NCBI GenBank assembly: GCA_963766295.1
Contig: CAVXYW010000001.1
Coordinates: forward strand, 735,196 to 799,195
Length of the DNA stretch: 64,000 bases
Source of the DNA: an uncultured Actinomycetes bacterium
Lineage (GTDB): Bacteria; Actinomycetota; JAICYB01
Reading direction: 5' to 3'
Numbering within the stretch: the first letter of the stretch is position 1; every line of letters begins with the position of its first letter. The notes under the pieces are model-generated. The model ran no database searches and was not told where the DNA came from. It saw only the letters and a list, made by a program, of their open reading frames with translations. The position numbers were made by a program, and so were the translations under genes. Positions 55,425 to 64,000 of the stretch are shown piece by piece.

Positions 55425-56638
55425 GCGATCGCGCGACGCTGGCGGCCCGGTTCCCGAGGACGCCGTTCGCCACGTTGGCGCGGGCCTACGCCTCGAGCCT
55501 GGGCGGGGACGCATGCGTCGCGGTGGCGCTGGCGGGTTCGCTCTTCTTCAAGGTGCCGGCCGACTCGGCGAGAACCGACGTCGCTCTGTACTTGCTGGTG
55601 ACGATGACGCCGTTCGCTCTCGTCGCGCCGGTGCTCGGTCCCGTTCTGGACCGTGCGCGGTCGCGACGAGTGACGCTGGCCGCGGTGGCGTGCGTGGGCC
55701 GCGCCGTTCTGTGCGTGCTGATGGCCCGGCACCTCGACAGTCCGCTTTTGTACCCGGAGGCCTTCGGGATGCTCGTCTTGATGAAGAGCTACCAGGTGGC
55801 GAAGTCGGCTATGACGCCCACCGTCGTGTCCAGTCCGGACGAGCTGGTGCGCGCGAACTCCCGGCTGACGCTGGCCGGAGTCTTCGGAGGCGTCGTCGTC
55901 GGCGGAATCGCGGCCGGGATCATGCAACTTCTTGGGGGCAGCTGGGTGCTCGCCTTAGGTGCCGTGACCTATCTGGTTTCTGCGCGGCTGACGACGTTGG
56001 TGCCCGTATCCGGCGGGATGCAGGCGGAGTCGTCCGCCGCCGAATCGGAGGATGGACCGGCTGGGATCAAGCCGATCCATCTCTATGGGATACGTCTGGC
56101 CGCGATCGCGATGGCCGTGTTGCGAAGTGGTGTGGGCTTCGTTGTTTTTCTGCTCGCCTTCGCGCTTAAGCGCGAAGGCGAGCCTGCATGGTTCTACGGG
56201 CTGGTCATCGCCGCGAGCTCTCTCGGTGGATTCGTCGGAGCAATGGCTGCGCCACGGCTCCGACGACTCCTCCGGGAGGAGGCCGTCCTGGTCGTGTCCC
56301 TCGCGTTGCCCGCGGCGGCGGCGGTTATCGGCGCCCGCTCGGAAGCGCGGCCCGCCGCCCTTATGGTCGCCATGGCCCTGGGCATCGGTGGTTCATGCGG
56401 ACGTGCCGGTTTCGACAGTCTCGTGCAACGCGACGCGCCCCACTCGTCCTGGGGCCGCGCATTTGCCCGCTTCGAGGCTTACTTCCAGCTGGCGTGGGTT
56501 CTGGGCGCGTTCATTCCGGTGTTGATCGCGATCTCACCCGGGACCGGGATGTTGATCTTGGCTTTGATCCTGGGTGCGGGGGGATTCGTATACCTGGCCG
56601 GCCTCGCGGCCGATAGCCTGCTTCACGCTTCGAGGTAG
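55421..56638 (+). CDS. MFS transporter
   Basis: About 12 TM; YLLVTMTPFALVAPVLGPVLDR; TTGA overlap with the upstream stop. Confidence 0.85.
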   Translation: MSDRATLAARFPRTPFATLARAYASSLGGDACVAVALAGSLFFKVPADSARTDVALYLLVTMTPFALVAPVLGPVLDRARSRRVTLAAVACVGRAVLCVLMARHLDSPLLYPEAFGMLVLMKSYQVAKSAMTPTVVSSPDELVRANSRLTLAGVFGGVVVGGIAAGIMQLLGGSWVLALGAVTYLVSARLTTLVPVSGGMQAESSAAESEDGPAGIKPIHLYGIRLAAIAMAVLRSGVGFVVFLLAFALKREGEPAWFYGLVIAASSLGGFVGAMAAPRLRRLLREEAVLVVSLALPAAAAVIGARSEARPAALMVAMALGIGGSCGRAGFDSLVQRDAPHSSWGRAFARFEAYFQLAWVLGAFIPVLIAISPGTGMLILALILGAGGFVYLAGLAADSLLHASR

Positions 56639-56647
56639 CGGCCCGGC

Positions 56648-56947
56648 TTAGCCGTTGTCGAGCTTGTCCTCGAGGGACTTCACCTTCGCATCGAGCACTT
56701 CGTCGAACCCTGGTCGCACGTCCGCCTTGATGACGACGCTCACGCGATCGCAACGCCGCAGGACTGCGTCCGTCGCGGCTTTTATCACGGCGAAGACCTC
56801 GTCCCATTCACCCTCGATCGTCGTGAACATCGCATCCGTCCGATTTGGTAGGCCCGACTCACGAACAACGCGCACCGCTTCCACAACCTGATCGCTAACC
56901 GAGTCGTCGGAGGTTCCCACGGGAGTGACGCTGAACGCGACGATCAT
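56648..56947 (-). CDS. Thiamine-binding protein (MTH1187/YkoF family)
   Basis: VAFSVTP, SGLPNRTDAMFTTIEGEWDEV; GAAAGGAGG SD. Confidence 0.85.
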   Translation of the reverse strand: MIVAFSVTPVGTSDDSVSDQVVEAVRVVRESGLPNRTDAMFTTIEGEWDEVFAVIKAATDAVLRRCDRVSVVIKADVRPGFDEVLDAKVKSLEDKLDNG

Positions 56948-57004
56948 TCGACCTCCTTTCCGATCGATCCTCAAAACGCAACTACTCCGCTAGGCTACGG
57001 TTTC

Positions 57005-57424
57005 GTGACCGAACCGACGTCGGCGCCGCCTCCGCCCAGCAAACCCGCGCGGCTCGTTCGCAGTCGTGAAAACCGCATGCTGGGCGGCGTCTGCGCCGGC
57101 CTGGCGAACTACTTCGGCATGGATGTAGCGCTTGTTCGCATCCTTGCCGTCGTACTCGCGTTCGCCGCCGGGACGGCGATCCTTGGCTACATCGTCGGCT
57201 GGATCATCATCCCGGAAGCCCGTCCGGACGAAGAAGTCGCCGGCGTTAGGCATGCCGACGCATCCGATCGCGCACCGATGATCATCGGCGCGATCCTCAT
57301 CGTCGGCGGCGCGCTTTGGTTGTTGAGCTCGCTCCTTCCCTGGGTGCTCGATTTTCGCGGCATCGGTCCGCTGATCCTCGTCGGCATCGGGGTCCTGCTC
57401 GTGGTTCAGGGTTCCAAGCGTTGA
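57005..57424 (+). CDS. PspC domain protein
   Basis: LVRSRENRMLGGVCAGLANYFG, YIVGWIIIPE; TAGGCT 8 nt before GTG. Confidence 0.88.
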   Translation: MTEPTSAPPPPSKPARLVRSRENRMLGGVCAGLANYFGMDVALVRILAVVLAFAAGTAILGYIVGWIIIPEARPDEEVAGVRHADASDRAPMIIGAILIVGGALWLLSSLLPWVLDFRGIGPLILVGIGVLLVVQGSKR

Positions 57425-58155
57425 GCGATAGAGGTCCGTTCTCTTCATGGGGACGGGTCGTTGCCGGCGCCGTGCTGATCGTCGTCGGCATCACTTGGCT
57501 GCTCCAGGCCGCCGGGATCATCGCCGTATCACTGGACGCGCTCGCGCCGTTGGCGCTGATCGTCATCGGCATCGGCCTGGTCATCGGCTCGCGTCGCGGC
57601 TCGTATCCCGTCCTAATCATCCTCGGTGTTGTGCTGACGGTTTTCCTCGCCGCTTCGTCGGAAGACGAGCTTTCCGCTTTCGGAGGTGAGCACTACGAGC
57701 AACCGACCGACTCTTCTCAGATACACCCGTACCGCTTGGGAGCCGGAACGTTGACCGTCGACCTTACGGCCTTGGATCTCGACTCCGAGACCTACGAAGT
57801 CGACGTGCGGGTAGGTACGGGACGGATCCGTGTCCTCGTGCCCGAGGACGTCCCCGTTCGCGTCGTTGCAAGTGCCGGCGCGGGTTCCCTGCGCGTGCTC
57901 GGTCAAACCTCCGCGGGCTTCAGTCCGGACCTCGATCGGGAGAGCCCCGACTTCGACGACGACGAGCCCCGAATCGACCTGCGCCTCCGGATCGGTGTCG
58001 GAACGATCACGGTCAACGAGCGCGAAAGCGTTCGGCCCGTAGGCAGGGTCTGGAACGAGATTGAGCCGCTTAGGCCGCAGCGCGTTCCCGATCCCCCGGC
58101 CGTTCCCGAATTTCCCGACGAGTTTCCCTTCGACAACAACGTGGATCGGTTCTAG
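57421..58155 (+). CDS. LiaF/DUF2154-like membrane protein with beta-rich extracellular domain
   Basis: N-terminal TM cluster, then GAGTLTVDLT and GRIRVLVPED repeats; TTGA overlap with pspC. Confidence 0.65.
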   Translation: MSDRGPFSSWGRVVAGAVLIVVGITWLLQAAGIIAVSLDALAPLALIVIGIGLVIGSRRGSYPVLIILGVVLTVFLAASSEDELSAFGGEHYEQPTDSSQIHPYRLGAGTLTVDLTALDLDSETYEVDVRVGTGRIRVLVPEDVPVRVVASAGAGSLRVLGQTSAGFSPDLDRESPDFDDDEPRIDLRLRIGVGTITVNERESVRPVGRVWNEIEPLRPQRVPDPPAVPEFPDEFPFDNNVDRF

Positions 58156-58416
58156 ATGCGCAACAGGCTCGCTTTGATCTCCGGAATCGCTTTCATCGTC
58201 CTCGGCGTCGTCTTCGCGGCCGACGCCCTTGACTGGATCGACGTATCGGCTCAGCTCGTGTTTCCGGTCGTGATGATCGCCATCGGTTTCGGCGTGGTCT
58301 TGGGCGCCCGAGGGCAGCGGCGCAAGGACGGGACACCGCCGGAAGCGCCACCGACCGCATCGCTAGAGGACGAACCGCCGTCAAGGGACGACGGCGAACC
58401 ACCTAGCGAAAAATAG
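58156..58416 (+). CDS. Small 2-TM protein (LiaI/DUF5668-like)
   Basis: GIAFIVLGVVF..FPVVMIAIG plus a Pro/acidic tail; same operon as pspC. Confidence 0.6.
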   Translation: MRNRLALISGIAFIVLGVVFAADALDWIDVSAQLVFPVVMIAIGFGVVLGARGQRRKDGTPPEAPPTASLEDEPPSRDDGEPPSEK

Positions 58417-58421
58417 TTCGG

Positions 58422-59474
58422 ATGCGTGTCGGATTGGTTGGTTGCGGCTTCATCGGACGCGTCCATTCCTGGGCCTTCTGGGCGTTACGGAAAGCGAACC
58501 TATTCGACGCGAGGATCACAGCCGTCCACGACTCCGATCCCGAGCGAGCGGCAGCGATCGCCGAACCACACGAGGCGGCCTCGCACGAGGACCTCGAGTC
58601 GCTTCTCGATGAAGTAGACGTCGTCTACGTGTGCAACCCGACGGCCGAGCACGCACGAGTGTGTGTCGCGGCGGCGGATCGGGGCGTTGCCGTCTTCTGC
58701 GAGAAACCGCTGGCTCCCGACATGCACAGAGCTCACCAGGTGGCGAACGTGCTCGGCCGGGTTCCCCATCGCGTGGGTCTCGTTCTGCGGACGGCTCCGG
58801 TCTTCAACCGGCTCTCGGAGCTGATCTCATCGGGACGATTCGGCCGCCTTATGGCCCTGACGTTGCGGGACGACCAGTTCTTCCCTATCCAGGGCCAGTA
58901 CGCGTCCACATGGCGATCAGATAAGGACATAGCCGGCGGAGGCACGCTAATCGAGCACTCGATCCACGACATCGATCTGTTCCGATGGCTGCTCGGCGAT
59001 CCGAACTCCGTTGCGTGCCGCACGGCTTCGTTCTTCGGCTATCCGGGCATCGAGGACCTGGCCGTCGCCACGTTCGATTTCGGTGGTGGCGTAACGGCGA
59101 ATCTCACATCGGTTTGGCACCAGGTCATAACACGAACCTCAACTCGACGAGTCGAAGTGTTCTTCGAAGACGCCGTCGTTTGGACGGAGGACGACAACAC
59201 CGGGCCCTTGCACGTAAGCACCTCGGCGGGGGACGAGGTGCTTACGTGCGCGCTACCGGAATGGGTCGACACGTTGCCCGTGCCGGCGGAGTCGCGAAGA
59301 TCGCTGGGTCTTTATACCGAAGCGACCCGGCGTTTCCTGGAGGCCGTGGCCTCCAGGAAACCAACCGGATCGCCCGATGCGACAGATGCGATCGCCGCCC
59401 ATGCGTTGGTCGACGCCGCTTACCGCTCGGCCGCATCAGAAGGTCGACCGGCGGACTGTCGCGACCTGAGATAG
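58422..59474 (+). CDS. Gfo/Idh/MocA family oxidoreductase
   Basis: VGLVGCGFIG, VFCEKPL, GGGTLIEHSIHDID. Confidence 0.9.
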   Translation: MRVGLVGCGFIGRVHSWAFWALRKANLFDARITAVHDSDPERAAAIAEPHEAASHEDLESLLDEVDVVYVCNPTAEHARVCVAAADRGVAVFCEKPLAPDMHRAHQVANVLGRVPHRVGLVLRTAPVFNRLSELISSGRFGRLMALTLRDDQFFPIQGQYASTWRSDKDIAGGGTLIEHSIHDIDLFRWLLGDPNSVACRTASFFGYPGIEDLAVATFDFGGGVTANLTSVWHQVITRTSTRRVEVFFEDAVVWTEDDNTGPLHVSTSAGDEVLTCALPEWVDTLPVPAESRRSLGLYTEATRRFLEAVASRKPTGSPDATDAIAAHALVDAAYRSAASEGRPADCRDLR

Positions 59475-60905
59475 TTAACCGACCGTTACAAGCTCCCCCA
59501 TGTGAATAGGGGACGGGATCATTACCTCTTCGAACCCGACGCTCCACAGGATCTCGTCCATCGCGTCGGAGATCCCTCCGGCGAGAACGTTTATGTCGGG
59601 CATCGTGTCGAGATCACCCAAGAGTCCAAATCCGAGTTTGCCGTCATAGGACATCGCTCCGACAGCGAGTCCCTGATTGCGAACCAGCGGTGCCTGTGGG
59701 TAAAGCTCGAGAAGCCTGCGTCCCAGTAAGTAGAGCGGGAACTGGGGGCCGGGCACGTTCGTCACGAGCAGATTGAACGACCGGTACCTGGACTGCAGCT
59801 GAGACATGCCCGCGACCGCCACCGGAGGCAGCACGCCGGACATCTTCGCGATCGCGTCTCCGGCCCTGACCTGACCCGACTCCTTTGCGGCGACCATGAC
59901 CTCGTGGATCCGACGCAGTCGAACGATCGGGTCGCGAACGCTGACCGGCATGTTCACGACGAGCATGGCAACGCGGTTCCCGTACGAGTCGCTTTCTTCT
60001 GCGCTGCGTACAGATACGGGCACCATCACCTTCACGTCGTGCGGGTCGACTCCGCGATTGATCTGCCACCGGCGCAAGCCACCCGAGACAGCGGCGAGGA
60101 TCGCGTCGTTGACCGAAGCGCCCACGGTTGTTTTCAGCGTCTTGACTTCGTCCAGGGACGAACGCGCGACCTGAAAGCGCCGCCCGGTACCGATGCGCGA
60201 GTTGATCTCCATCATGGGAGCCTGTCGAACCAGGGAGGCAGCCAGACCCAAAGCGCCGCCGGCCAGATCCGCGGCTTGCCGAATCGTGTCGCGCGGTTTG
60301 GTCAAGGCTCCGAGGATCCCTCGAGCAGCGCCAACGGATTCAGTTACTCGATCGCGAGCGGCGGAGGCCATCATCTCGAGCGTGCTCGGCGCCCGGGGAC
60401 GGGCGTGTTCGACGTATGGCTCCTCACGCGGCTCCGGTGTCGCGTCGAGAAGGACCGAATGCAGGTCGGCGCCCGATATCCCGTCCCACAAACTGTGGTG
60501 CGTCTTGGACAGGATGGCGAAGCGATCATCGGTCAGCCCTTCGATGAGGATCATCTCCCACAAGGGTTGCGAGCGCTTCAGAGGCTGCGAGAGTAGAAAG
60601 CCGACGACATGCATCAAGTCGTCGTCTGTTCCGTCACCGGGAGCACGCATCCGATGCACGTGCCGATCGATTGCAAACGACGGATCGGGCACCCAGGCCG
60701 GACGGTGCGCGTTGAAGGGAACGGCGGCCAGGCGCTGCCTAAACCTTGGAACGAGATGCATTCGCTGATCGAGCATCTCGATCAGTTCCTTGTCCTCCGG
60801 CGCGGGACCTTCGTAGATCGCCAGAGAAGAGATGTGCATGGGCGTTCGCGGTCCCTCGAGATAAAGGAAGCTCGCGTCCAAAGCGGAAAGACGGTCTATC
60901 GACAT
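59475..60905 (-). CDS. Wax ester synthase/diacylglycerol acyltransferase (WS/DGAT)
   Basis: RLSALDASFL, PMHI, RSQPLWE, HHSLWDG (HHxxxDG), TNVPGP. Confidence 0.92.
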   Translation of the reverse strand: MSIDRLSALDASFLYLEGPRTPMHISSLAIYEGPAPEDKELIEMLDQRMHLVPRFRQRLAAVPFNAHRPAWVPDPSFAIDRHVHRMRAPGDGTDDDLMHVVGFLLSQPLKRSQPLWEMILIEGLTDDRFAILSKTHHSLWDGISGADLHSVLLDATPEPREEPYVEHARPRAPSTLEMMASAARDRVTESVGAARGILGALTKPRDTIRQAADLAGGALGLAASLVRQAPMMEINSRIGTGRRFQVARSSLDEVKTLKTTVGASVNDAILAAVSGGLRRWQINRGVDPHDVKVMVPVSVRSAEESDSYGNRVAMLVVNMPVSVRDPIVRLRRIHEVMVAAKESGQVRAGDAIAKMSGVLPPVAVAGMSQLQSRYRSFNLLVTNVPGPQFPLYLLGRRLLELYPQAPLVRNQGLAVGAMSYDGKLGFGLLGDLDTMPDINVLAGGISDAMDEILWSVGFEEVMIPSPIHMGELVTVG

Positions 60906-60952
60906 CGGGGGCGTCCCTTCTTCTTAAGGAGTTGCTTCGGGCTTTGCGCGAG

Positions 60953-61150
60953 CTAGAACGCGTTACAGCGAACGGAAAGAGCCTCGTCCAGCGCTGGGTT
61001 ATCTACGCCGGCGTCGGCGCATTCGATCATCGACGGCTCCGCCGGAAATGCGCCGAACCGAAGCGGATGAACGGATGCGATCAGAACCATTGCGTCCTGC
61101 CAGTTCGCACCGTGATCCTGCGAACGTTCGAGCACTCGAACGTTACTCAT
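60953..61150 (-). CDS. Possible small protein (65 aa) upstream of WS/DGAT
   Basis: GGGAGG SD 6 nt before ATG; no recognisable family. Confidence 0.3.
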   Translation of the reverse strand: MSNVRVLERSQDHGANWQDAMVLIASVHPLRFGAFPAEPSMIECADAGVDNPALDEALSVRCNAF

Positions 61151-61331
61151 ACCAACCTCCCCGTGGTGGTGAAGTCCGTTGAGCGGGCCGTCTTGAACTG
61201 CTCAACTCTCGGGAGTGAGAACTCCCGTCCCCATCCCGGCCGAATGGTCCATCGGAACCACCCCTCTCGGGAATGAATGCTGCTGAAGACCGATTGATAC
61301 CAAGCATCACGTGTAATCACAAGGGCCTTAG

Positions 61332-61375
61332 ACCAGCACAAACGTGTTGCGCCACTGCGTACCAGCGCAAACGTG
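61332..61375. repeat. 15-bp direct repeat, 29 nt apart, in the divergent promoter region
   Basis: ACCAGCACAAACGTG (61332-61346) and ACCAGCGCAAACGTG (61361-61375). Confidence 0.7.
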
Positions 61376-61482
61376 ATGTGAAGCTTTAGTTACAGATTGT
61401 CTCTTTGACGTAGATTCTCTGGGCACCGACGATGCATGTTGGTCGTTTGCAAAATGGAGCTAACCAATTTGGGGGGTACCGG

Positions 61483-62667
61483 ATGGACCTGACGTGGAGC
61501 GCCGAGGAAGAGGAATTCCGGGAAGAAGTGCGGGGATGGCTCGAGGCCAATCTCCCCAAAGAGAACAAGGCTCTCGGCGAGGACGAATTCGACGACGACC
61601 CCGCGTCCTTCGAGTTCAGGCGCGATTGGCAGCGCAAGCTCGGCGAGGCCGGCTACCTGGCCATGCACTGGCCGACGGAATACGGCGGCGGCGGCCGCAC
61701 TCTGGTCGAGCAGGTCATCTTCAACGAGGAGTACGCGAAGGCCAACGCTCCGCAGCCCGTGAACTCCCTCGGACTAAATCTCGTCGGCCCGACCCTCATG
61801 ACCCACGGCACCGAAGAGCAGCGAGACCGTTTCCTCAAGAAGATCCTCACGGCCGAAGAGATCTGGTGCCAGGGTTACTCCGAGCCCAATGCCGGCTCCG
61901 ACCTGGCTGGACTACAAACGAAGGCCGAGCTGGTCGGCGATGAGTTCGTCATCAACGGACAGAAGATCTGGACGACCCTGGCGCCCTTCGGCGATTGGAT
62001 CTTCGTCCTGTGCCGGACCGACCCGGATGCGCCGAAGCACCAGGGGATCAGCTACATCCTCTGCGACATGCATCAGCCCGGCGTCGAGATGCGTCCGATA
62101 AAGCAGATGACTGGGACGTCCGGATTCGGAGAAGTTTTCTTCACCAACGCACGCACTCCCAAGGACATGCTCGTCGGAAACCTGAACGACGGATGGCGCG
62201 TCGCGATGACCACACTGATGTTCGAGCGCGGCGGGAACATCCTCGGGAGCGCCGTTCGTTTCCGCCGGATGATGAGCCAGCTCCGCGAACTCGCAGAGAC
62301 CACCGCTATGAACGGTGGCCACGCGATAGACGACCCGGTTATCCGTCAGCGCCTCAGCCAGTTGCTCGTCGAGGTGGAACTGCTAAGACGCAACTCCGAG
62401 CGTGCGATGTCGCCGCTGCTGAAGGGAGAGTCACCGGGGCCGGAGTCCTCGATGGGCAAGCTGTACTGGTCGGAGTGGTATGTGCGGGCAACCGAGCTTG
62501 CTATGGAGATCCTCGGAGCGGACGGGCTGATCAACAGGCAGTCCAACACCTGGCTGCTCGAGTATCTGGCCGCCCGTGCTTCGACGATCTATACGGGCAC
62601 TTCGGAGATCCAGCGCAACATCCTCGCGGAGCGCGTGCTTGGCCTGCCGCGAGGGGGGAGGAACTAA
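61483..62667 (+). CDS. Acyl-CoA dehydrogenase (probable catalytic subunit of a heteromeric pair)
   Basis: WCQGYSEPNAGSDLA, INGQKIWT, FGEVFF, GPESS, IYTGTSEIQRNILAERVLGLP. Confidence 0.92.
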   Translation: MDLTWSAEEEEFREEVRGWLEANLPKENKALGEDEFDDDPASFEFRRDWQRKLGEAGYLAMHWPTEYGGGGRTLVEQVIFNEEYAKANAPQPVNSLGLNLVGPTLMTHGTEEQRDRFLKKILTAEEIWCQGYSEPNAGSDLAGLQTKAELVGDEFVINGQKIWTTLAPFGDWIFVLCRTDPDAPKHQGISYILCDMHQPGVEMRPIKQMTGTSGFGEVFFTNARTPKDMLVGNLNDGWRVAMTTLMFERGGNILGSAVRFRRMMSQLRELAETTAMNGGHAIDDPVIRQRLSQLLVEVELLRRNSERAMSPLLKGESPGPESSMGKLYWSEWYVRATELAMEILGADGLINRQSNTWLLEYLAARASTIYTGTSEIQRNILAERVLGLPRGGRN

Positions 62668-63680
62668 TGGACTTCCGCCTCAACGAAGATCAGCAGGCGC
62701 TCCAAGCAGCAGCGCGTGATTTTCTCAAGAAGGAAGTGACCTCGACGGTCGTCCGCAGCGCCTTCGACTCTCCGGACGGAGACTCGCCGGAGCTGTACAA
62801 GAAGATGGCCGAGCTCGGCTGGATCGGCTTGGCCGTACCGGAGGAGTTCGGCGGTGTCGGCTACGGCATCATCGAACAAGCCGTCGTTTGTGAGCAGCTC
62901 GGTTACTTCAACGCCCCGGGACCATATTTCGCGACCGCGTGCATGACCGTGCCGGTGCTCCTCGCACTCGGCGCGACCGATCTGCTGCCGCCACTCCTCG
63001 ATGGCTCCGTTCGTGCCGCCGCGGGGATGACCGTCGAGAAGGTGGTCGATGCGCAGCTCGCCGACGCCTTCCTACTCGTCCAGGACGGGAAGGCGACTTG
63101 GTACGAGCGCGATGAATTCGAAGCGACACAGATCCCTTCCCTGGACGGAACGCGGCGGATCGCGTCGGTCAAACTGACCGGGAAAGGTCGCGACCTCGGA
63201 TCGTCGGAGGCGATCGACATGTCGTTCGAACCCGGTCCGGCTACGGCTTGGGACGCCGTCATCGCTTTGCTGTGCGCCGAGATGGTCGGCGGCATGCAAT
63301 GGGCGCTCGACACAACGGTTCAATACGTGAAGGACCGCGAAGCCTTCGGCCGTCCGATCGGGGTCTTCCAGGCCGTCCAGCACAAGGCCGCAGACATGCT
63401 CGTCCACACGGAGACCTCACGCTCGGCCGCGTACTACGCAGCGTATGCAGCGGCCAACGGCCTGCCCGACGGGCGCTTCGCGGCTTCGGTTGCCAAGGCG
63501 TACTGCTCCGATGCGGCCCATGCGGTGACCGGCGAGTGCATCCAACTGCACGGGGGTATCGGATTCACGTGGGAGCACGATGCGCACCTGTACTTCAAGC
63601 GAGCGGTGACCAACCGCGTGGTCGCGGGCAACGCCGCCGTGCACCGCGAGCGTGCACTGGAACTAGACCCGGCGAAATAG
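62667..63680 (+). CDS. Acyl-CoA dehydrogenase (short partner subunit)
   Basis: MDFRLNEDQQAL, REAFGRPIGVFQAVQHKAAD, QLHGGIGFTWEHDAHLY; TAATG overlap with the previous gene. Confidence 0.9.
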   Translation: MDFRLNEDQQALQAAARDFLKKEVTSTVVRSAFDSPDGDSPELYKKMAELGWIGLAVPEEFGGVGYGIIEQAVVCEQLGYFNAPGPYFATACMTVPVLLALGATDLLPPLLDGSVRAAAGMTVEKVVDAQLADAFLLVQDGKATWYERDEFEATQIPSLDGTRRIASVKLTGKGRDLGSSEAIDMSFEPGPATAWDAVIALLCAEMVGGMQWALDTTVQYVKDREAFGRPIGVFQAVQHKAADMLVHTETSRSAAYYAAYAAANGLPDGRFAASVAKAYCSDAAHAVTGECIQLHGGIGFTWEHDAHLYFKRAVTNRVVAGNAAVHRERALELDPAK

Positions 63681-63702
63681 CGCACCCGACTAGGGAGGAT
63701 CC

Positions 63703-64000
63703 ATGAGAAAGCTGCTGGTTCTGTTCGTTATTGCGGTCGTGGCCTTCGGAGCCGTCGCATGTTCGGAGGACGATCCGACCCTCGGCGTGGACGCTACCGA
63801 CGATGCCACTGAAGACATCTCCGCCGAAGGGAGCCCGGGAGTCCCGTTGGGCGAGGACACCATCGATGCGCAGGTAACGATCGTCGACTTCGCGTACGAG
63901 CCGAATGAGTTCACGGCCACCGCCGGCGAGCCGGTGAAGTGGTTGAACACCGGCGACCAGCCGCACACGGTCACCTTCGACGACGACGCCATCGTGGACT
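63703..64000 (+). CDS. Cupredoxin (plastocyanin/amicyanin-like) lipoprotein, partial at right edge
   Basis: GGAGG SD; MRKLLVLFVIAVVAFGAVAC lipobox; IVDFAYEP..AGEPVKWLNTGDQPHTVT. Confidence 0.8.
   Translation, partial: MRKLLVLFVIAVVAFGAVACSEDDPTLGVDATDDATEDISAEGSPGVPLGEDTIDAQVTIVDFAYEPNEFTATAGEPVKWLNTGDQPHTVTFDDDAIVD

Noticed and set aside
61121-61144. LexA (SOS) box
   Set aside because: The Gram-positive box needs GAAC-N4-GTTC; here spacings are N0 and an inverted N8, and the neighbours are lipid genes.
61147-61341. 64-aa minus-strand ORF in the lipid-gene spacer
   Set aside because: No SD or recognisable motif, and it overlaps the hairpins and repeats, which are better explained as regulatory.

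Overview
GC-rich bacterial chromosome segment, most likely from a deep-branching actinobacterium. This is inferred from gene order: menJ-nuo, a second nuo cluster, tRNA-rpmG-secE-nusG-rplKAJL, DUF501-ppx-tRNA-Leu(TAA), and apparent leaderless genes. About 37 kb is respiratory: system I cytochrome c maturation (ccmABC), a cbb3-oxidase-like ccoN/O/Q trio, a frameshifted ctaA-ctaB fusion, a CcoP-N/cupredoxin hybrid, menJ, a full 14-gene nuoA-N operon, and directly after it an 11-gene nuo-like operon without nuoEFG. Both nuo operons carry a Rex/CRP-type palindrome next to the -10 box. A translation cluster follows (4 tRNAs in the window, rpmG, secE, nusG, rplKAJL), then an accessory FecR/DUF11/CHASE2-cyclase block, envelope-stress genes and lipid genes. 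Best candidates for undescribed biology: (1) a CcoN homologue lacking five of six metal-ligand histidines and the cross-link Tyr, with a CcoO lacking its Met ligand and a CcoP-like anchor that carries a blue-copper domain instead of hemes; (2) a FecR/DUF11-CHASE2 signalling locus whose class III cyclase lacks the ATP-specifying Lys. All family assignments come from motifs recognised by eye; no database search was run. No CRISPR array, rRNA, transposase or integrase was seen.
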